Below are positions 58,433-64,000 of a stretch of DNA of 64,000 nucleotides, piece by piece. The notes under the pieces were generated by a model. That model did not search any database. It was not told where the DNA came from and worked only from the letters and a program-made list of their open reading frames with translations. Every line of letters starts with the position of its first letter. The first letter of the stretch is position 1. Location: assembly GCA_046350655.1 (NCBI GenBank), contig JAXMAB010000004.1, forward strand, positions 25,343-89,342, in the 5' to 3' direction. The translations under genes and the position numbers were made by a program. Origin of the DNA: Planctomycetota bacterium. Lineage in GTDB: Bacteria > Planctomycetota > PLA2 > JAEUHO01.

Positions 58433-61181
58433 ATGACCTGGAAGACCGAGATCGACCGGACGGTGCACGAGGCGCTTCGGCGCGCGTTCGACGACCGGCG
58501 CAGCGACGGCAGCCGCGCGATCGCGCTCGCCAACGATTTCGTGGCGCTCGCGCCGGCGCGCGAGCAGAGCCACTTCGCGCTCGGCCTGGTGGAGGAGCTG
58601 ACCCACCTGCGCACGCTGGCCCGCGACGCGGGCGGCCGCGCGCGGCGCCGCGACGGCGAGCGTCCGGAGGAGTCGCAGCAGGAGGGCGCGCCCGCCCCGA
58701 CCGACGGCACGGAGGCGGCCGGCGCGGTCGCCGCGGCGACGACGGAGCCGGTCGCGACGGAGTCGGTGGCGAGCGGCCCCGACGGCGCGCGGGACGGTCG
58801 CCGAGACGGTGGCCGAGAGGGTGGCCGGGACGCCGGCGACGTGGACGAGCGCGAGACGGGCACGGACACCGACGAGGGGGCACCGGCCGCGGCGCCGCAG
58901 ACCCTCGCGACGTCGCCCGACGGCCCGTGCGCGCTCTGGCGTTTCCTCGGGCGCCTCGACGCCGCGTCGCGCGGCGGTCCGCGCGCGCGCGTGCGCGAGC
59001 TGGCCGGTGACGCCGCGATGGAGCTCGCGCTCGCGCGGGGCGCCGAGGGCCGCATGGCCCTGCGCGCCGTCTCGCGTGCGCTGCTGTTCGGCGGCGAGGA
59101 CGCGCGCGTGTACGACCTCGTGCTGCGGCACCTGAAGGCCACGGGCGACGAGGGCAGCCGCCGCGACGCCGACGGGCTCGTCGGCGACGCCGCGCGTCAT
59201 GCCGATGATCTCGCGCGCGACGGCGACGAGGCCGGCGCCAGCGCCGCGCTCGCCCGCGCGCTGAAGTTCGCGGTCGACGCGGGCCTCGAGGGCCGCGCCG
59301 CCGCGAAGGTGCAGCGCAAGGTGGGCCGCGCCCACCAGCTCGCCGGCCGCTGGGCCGAGGCGAAGCAGGCGTACCAGGACGCGCTCACGCGCCTGTCCGC
59401 CGAGGACCGCTACCGCTCGGTGCTCCAGGGCGACCTCGCGCTGGCGGCGCTCGAGGTGCGCGGCACGCTCGACCTCCTGCCGAAGGAGGGTCGCGGCAAC
59501 GTCGAGGAGGCCGAGGCGCTGCTCGCGCAGGCCGAGGGCGGCGGCGAGGGCGAGTCGTACAACGCGATCTACACGCTGGGCGTGCTCGCGTACGAGCGCG
59601 GCGACTTCTCCCGGGCGGCCGATCGGTTCCGCGAGGCCGACCGCCTCATGCGCGAGACGCGCGCCAAGGCGCGCATCGTGCACGCCCGCGCCCGGTTCTT
59701 CCTCGGCGCGTGCCTGCTCAAGCTCGGCGCGGCCGACGAGGCCCTGCGCGAGGCCGAGCAGTGCATCACGAAGGACGCGAGCGCCGCGGCGCTCGACGCC
59801 TCCGTGAAGGAGCCCGTGTTCGACCTGCTCGCGACGGCGCTGCCGACGGCCCGGATCCCGGGGCGCGGCGGGCCGCGCGCCGAGGGCGAGGGCCGCGAGG
59901 GCGGCCGACGCGAGCGCGGCCGTCGCGGCCGCGACCGTGGCGAGCGCGGGGACCGTGGCGAGCGCGAGCCCCGCGAGGGCGCGGGCGACGCGCCGGTCGC
60001 GGCGGCCGGCGAGGGCGGCGAGGGCCGTCCGGCCGGCGACGGGCGTCCGGAGGCCGCGGAGCGGCTCGACCGGTACGCGTCCGGTCGCGGCGCGGGCGCG
60101 GCGAGCGCGCCCCGAGGCGCGGGGCGACCGCCCCGCGGCCGCTGGCGAGCGTGCCGGCGGCGAGCGCCCGGGCGGCGAGCGCGGCGAACGTGGGGGCGGG
60201 CGTGGCGATCGCGGCGACCGCCGCGGGCGCGGCCCGCGCCACGACGGTTCGCGCGAGGTGCACCCGGCGCCGGTGCCGGTGGCGGGCGCGGCGCCCGCGT
60301 CGCTCGCGGGCGGCTTCCTCGCCACCGCGCGGCGCGTGCTCGACGCCGACCCGCACGGCGCGCTGAAGGCCGTGGACGACACGTTCCGCAGCCGGCCGAC
60401 GTTCGAGGAGTGGGCGACGGCGTACCGCATCCGGCTCGAGGCGCTCATCCGCCTCGGCGAGCGCGGCGAGGCCATGCGCACCTTCGAGCGCTTCCGCGCG
60501 AAGATCCACGAGCGCAACCACCCGGAGCGGCTCGAGGAGCTGCTGGTGGACCCCTCGAGCCCCATGGCCGAGGTGCTCGACGACGCGGCCATGAAGGCCG
60601 AGCTGGTCGACCTCTACGGCGCGATGGCCGGGCGCGAGCGCCCGTTCATCGAGGCGGCGACGGCGCTGGCCGCCCACCACGCCGACCAGGGCACGCCCGC
60701 GAGCCTGCGCACGGCGATCTCGCTGCTGCGCGAGGCCGTCGCGCTCGGCGGCGACGAGGCGCGCGACATGTGGACCGACGTCGCCACGCGGGCCCGCGCC
60801 GCGGGCGTCGAGGTGGACGGTCCGTCGCTCGAGGACGTCCGCGCGCGCTTCGAACAGCGCGGCGGCGCGAAGGTCGTGGTCGTCGGCGGCGACGACGCGT
60901 CGCGGGCGCACGGGCCTCGGGTCGAGGACCTGGGGCGTCGCGCGGGCTTCGAGGGCTCCCTCGTGCTCGGCGGCGCCAAGCCGGCGGCGAAGACGCTGGC
61001 CGACGTCGAGGCGCTCGCGCGCGGCGCGGCCGCGATCGTGCTGCTGCACTCGACGACGCCGGAGCTGCGCGACCAGGTGAAGCGCCTGGCCGCCGACCTC
61101 TCCGTGCCGGTCCGCGAGCTGCCCTACGCGGGACCCGCGAGCCTCGAGCCCGAGCTCCTGACCGAGCTCTCGAACCTCTAG
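58433..61181 (+). pseudogene. TPR-repeat protein with an Arg/Gly-rich low-complexity linker and a C-terminal DUF2325-like domain. It apparently needs a +1 frame change inside the RG-rich repeats near 60100-60140.
   Basis: N-terminal part (ATG 58433) in one frame. C-terminal domain (VVVVGGDD...IVLLHSTTPELRDQVKRLAADLSVPVRELPYAGPASL, ending with TAG at 61181) in the +1 frame. No stop in the first frame before pepP's stop. Confidence 0.45.
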
Positions 61182-61216
61182 GCCGCACGGACCCCATCGC
61201 CGAACGGAGCCCGCCG

Positions 61217-62542
61217 ATGCTCGAGCCCGCCAAGGACGTCTTCGCCGACCGCCGCCGCCGCTTCATGGAGCGGATGGGCGACCGGTCGGTGGCCGTGTTC
61301 TGCTCCGCACCCGAGGTGGTGCGGAGCAACGACTCGCACTTCGACTTCCGCCAGAACTCCGACCTCTGGTACCTGACGGGCTTCGAGGAGCCCGACACCG
61401 TCCTCGTGCTCATCCCCGGGCACGACAAGCACCCCGTGGTCATGTTCGTGCGCAAGCGCGACAAGGAGCGCGAGGTGTGGGACGGCCCGCGGGCCGGCGT
61501 CGAGGGCGCGAAGGAGCGGTACGGCGCGAACGAGGCGTTCCTCGTCGAGGAGCTCGACGCGAAGCTGCCCGAGCTGCTCGAGGGGCGCGACCGCCTCTTC
61601 TACGGGCTCGGGCTCTACGCCGACCGCGACCGCCGCGTGATCCACGCGCTCACCCGCGTGCGCGCGTCGGCGCGGCGCGGCAAGCGCGCCCCGCGCGAGA
61701 TCGTCGACCCGTCCTACGTCCTCCACGAGATGCGCCTGTTCAAGACGCCCGCCGAGGTCGACACGCTGCGGCGCGCGGTCGAGGTGTCGGCGGACGGCCA
61801 CGTCCGCGCGATGCAGACCACGCGGCCGGGGCGCGGCGAGTGGGAGCTGCAGGCCGAGGTCGAGTACGTGTTCAAGCGCGGCGGCGCGAAGGCGCCGGGC
61901 TACACGACGATCGTCGGCTCGGGCCCGAACGCGTGCATCCTCCACTACGTGCAGAACGCGCGGCGCATGGAGGCCGGCGAGCTGGTGCTCGTCGACGCGG
62001 GCGCCGAGGTCGGCTACTACACCGGCGACATCACGCGCACGTGGCCCGTGTCGGGCACGTTCACGGGCCCGCAGCGGGAGATCTACGACCTCGTGCTGCG
62101 CTCGCAGCAGGAGGTCATCGCCATGAGCAAGCCCGGCGTCCCGTGGACCGCGCTCCACGAGAAGGCCGTGGAGGTGCTCACGCAGGGCATGGTGGACCGC
62201 GGCATCCTCGCGGGCCCGGTGCCGAAGGCGATCGAGGAGAAGACCTTCCGCGCCTGGTACATGCACAGCACCGGCCACTGGCTCGGCATCGACGTCCACG
62301 ACGTCGGGTCGTACTACGACGCCCCCGAGGAGGCCCGCACGCTCCAGCCCGGGATGGTGTTCACGGTCGAGCCGGGCCTCTACTTCGCGCCCGACGCGCC
62401 GGGCGTCCCCGAGCGCTACAAGGGCATCGGCATCCGCATCGAGGACGACGTCCTCGTGACGGCGACGGGGCACGACGTGCTCAGCAAGGGCGCGCCGAAG
62501 GAGCCCCACGAGATCGAGGCCCTGGTCGGCACCGCCGTCTGA
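61217..62542 (+). CDS. pepP: Xaa-Pro aminopeptidase (M24B family).
   Basis: ATG at 61217. Motifs HYVQNARRMEAGELVLVDAG, YTGDITRTWPV, HSTGHWLGIDVHD, GIGIRIEDDVLVT. Confidence 0.75.
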   Translation: MLEPAKDVFADRRRRFMERMGDRSVAVFCSAPEVVRSNDSHFDFRQNSDLWYLTGFEEPDTVLVLIPGHDKHPVVMFVRKRDKEREVWDGPRAGVEGAKERYGANEAFLVEELDAKLPELLEGRDRLFYGLGLYADRDRRVIHALTRVRASARRGKRAPREIVDPSYVLHEMRLFKTPAEVDTLRRAVEVSADGHVRAMQTTRPGRGEWELQAEVEYVFKRGGAKAPGYTTIVGSGPNACILHYVQNARRMEAGELVLVDAGAEVGYYTGDITRTWPVSGTFTGPQREIYDLVLRSQQEVIAMSKPGVPWTALHEKAVEVLTQGMVDRGILAGPVPKAIEEKTFRAWYMHSTGHWLGIDVHDVGSYYDAPEEARTLQPGMVFTVEPGLYFAPDAPGVPERYKGIGIRIEDDVLVTATGHDVLSKGAPKEPHEIEALVGTAV

Positions 62543-62724
62543 CGGCGCGTCGGCGCGCCCCGGGGCGAGGTCCGCTCCGGGGCGCGCGTCGTCCCCGCGC
62601 CCGACCGGGGCCGAAGGAGTGCTGCGGTCGTCCTCGGGGGACCGCGAGGCCCGGTCGCCGGCGTCCGCCGCGGGCCGCGGCCGTCCCCCTTGCCGCGACC
62701 GCCGTCGGCGGCGATGCTCTCGCC

Positions 62725-63567
62725 ATGCGCCGCCCCGCTCGCCTCCTGCTCGCCGGCTCCCTCCTGCTCGCGTCGTCGCTCGCCGCGTGCGGCCGCGGGG
62801 CCCCGCCGTCGGGCGGCGGCGACCTCGTCGCGCGCAGCACGGTGCAGCAGGTCGTCGAGCGCGGCGAGCTCGTCGTGCTGATGGAGGCCCAGTTCAAGCC
62901 GTTCACCTACAAGGAGGACGGCGTGCTCAAGGGCTTCGACGTCGACCTCGGCCGCGCGCTCGCCGACGAGCTCGGCGTGAAGGTCCGTTTCGAGGAGCGC
63001 GAGTGGGGGATGCTCGCGACCGAGCTCCTGCAGGGCAAGGGCGACCTCGTGATCTCGGGGATCACCGCGACGCCGAAGCGCGCGCTGACGGCCGCGTTCA
63101 GCGCGCCGTACTTCCTGACGCGCACGATCGCGCTCGTCGGCGTCCCGTCGGCCGACGGGATCACGTCGGTGCGCCAGCTCGACGCGCCGGGTCGGACCGT
63201 CGTGGCGCAGGGCCAGAGCACGGGCGAGGTGGCCGCGCGCAAGCACCTGCCGAAGGCGAAGCTCCTGACGTTCCCGACCGAGGCCGCGTGCGTGCTCGAG
63301 GTGGTGCAGGGGCGCGCCGACGCGTTCGTGTACGACGAGTGGCAGATCCGCGAGCACGCGCGGCTCAACCCCGGCCGCACGCGGGTGCTCGAGGAGACGC
63401 TGAGCGTCGAGCCCTACGGCATCGAGTTCCGTCGCGGCGACCCCGAGACCGCGGCGTGGCTCGACCTCGCGCTGCGCACGATGAGGCTCGACGGCCGCCT
63501 GGCCGCGTTGTTCGAGAAGCACCTGCCCGGGATCGCGGTCCCGGCCGAGCTGGCCCCGCCGCGTTGA
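62725..63567 (+). CDS. Amino-acid ABC transporter substrate-binding lipoprotein (family 3 SBP).
   Basis: ATG at 62725. Lipobox LAAC. Motifs FKPFTYKEDGVLKGFDVDL, GKGDLVISGITAT, ADAFVYD. Confidence 0.7.
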   Translation: MRRPARLLLAGSLLLASSLAACGRGAPPSGGGDLVARSTVQQVVERGELVVLMEAQFKPFTYKEDGVLKGFDVDLGRALADELGVKVRFEEREWGMLATELLQGKGDLVISGITATPKRALTAAFSAPYFLTRTIALVGVPSADGITSVRQLDAPGRTVVAQGQSTGEVAARKHLPKAKLLTFPTEAACVLEVVQGRADAFVYDEWQIREHARLNPGRTRVLEETLSVEPYGIEFRRGDPETAAWLDLALRTMRLDGRLAALFEKHLPGIAVPAELAPPR

Positions 63568-63596
63568 CGGCCGGGCCTCGCGTACCCGGAGGATCC

Positions 63597-64000
63597 ATGG
63601 CCGCTCCCCTGGTGGTCCCTTCTCCCCGCGACCGCGCGGTCCGGTGGGCGGTCACGCTCGCGGTCCTCGGCGCGGTCGGCGGGTTCCTGCTCGCGACCGG
63701 CCCCACGGACGGCTGGCGGTGGAGCCGCGTGTGGGGCGACGGCGACCGCGTCGGGTGGCGCGACGCGTTCCTCGCGGGGCTGTGGGTGACGCTGCGCGCG
63801 AGCGCGGGCGCGCTCGTGGTGGCGGTCGTGGTGGGGTTCGCGGCGGGGATGGCGCGGCTGTCGTCGCGGGCGTGGCTGTCGCAGCTCGCGACCGTGTACG
63901 TCGAGCTGGTGCGCGGGACGCCGCTGCTGGTGCAGCTGTTCGTCGCGATGTACTGCGTCGGGTACTCGCTCGGGATCGACGACCGGCTGCTGGTCGGGAC
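63597..64000 (+). CDS. Amino-acid ABC transporter permease (polar amino-acid family). 3'-partial, runs off the window.
   Basis: RBS ggagga, ATG at 63597. TM-rich. EAA-loop region not reached. Confidence 0.6.
   Translation, partial: MAAPLVVPSPRDRAVRWAVTLAVLGAVGGFLLATGPTDGWRWSRVWGDGDRVGWRDAFLAGLWVTLRASAGALVVAVVVGFAAGMARLSSRAWLSQLATVYVELVRGTPLLVQLFVAMYCVGYSLGIDDRLLVG

Noticed and set aside
59710-61464. Alternative-frame ORFs within the TPR/DUF2325 region (59710..60366 plus strand, 59766..61049 minus strand, 60646..61464 minus strand).
   Set aside because: Junk composition. The DUF2325-like and pepP frames carry recognisable conserved motifs.

Overview
High-GC (~72%) chromosomal window, with gene content that looks most like a Myxococcota-type genome (taxonomic assignment is inference). 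Because of the GC content the six-frame ORF track is dominated by long spurious Arg/Pro/Gly-rich ORFs. Genes were called only where the translation looks protein-like (signal peptides, lipoboxes, recognisable domain motifs). Where the ORF track gave only a longer ORF, the real start codon was located by hand: the ATG/GTG preceding the signal peptide or domain was found in the raw sequence and checked to be in frame. The backbone encodes mostly secreted proteins, lipoproteins and stress or redox enzymes. It also carries an ECF sigma factor translationally coupled to a giant Ser/Thr kinase with AAA+ and TPR regions, a TonB-dependent receptor locus, a solitary IS110-family transposase, pepP, and the start of an amino-acid ABC transporter. 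The main structural finding is a ~13.9 kb degraded prophage or integrative island (32239-46101) inserted at the 3' end of tRNA-Ser(GCT). It is bounded by a 29-bp perfect direct repeat of the tRNA 3' end and carries a frameshifted tyrosine integrase, a terminase small subunit, a truncated terminase large subunit, an HNH endonuclease, a ParB-N-domain/DNA-methyltransferase fusion plus a truncated duplicate of it, a Clp-N domain protein and secreted cargo genes. A serine-recombinase fragment sits just outside its left att site. Two unexplained repeat families are also present: a 31-bp palindrome CCGCCAAT..ATTGGCGG in two clusters, and a REP-like GGGCCTCGCG motif at gene ends. Gene starts are approximate.
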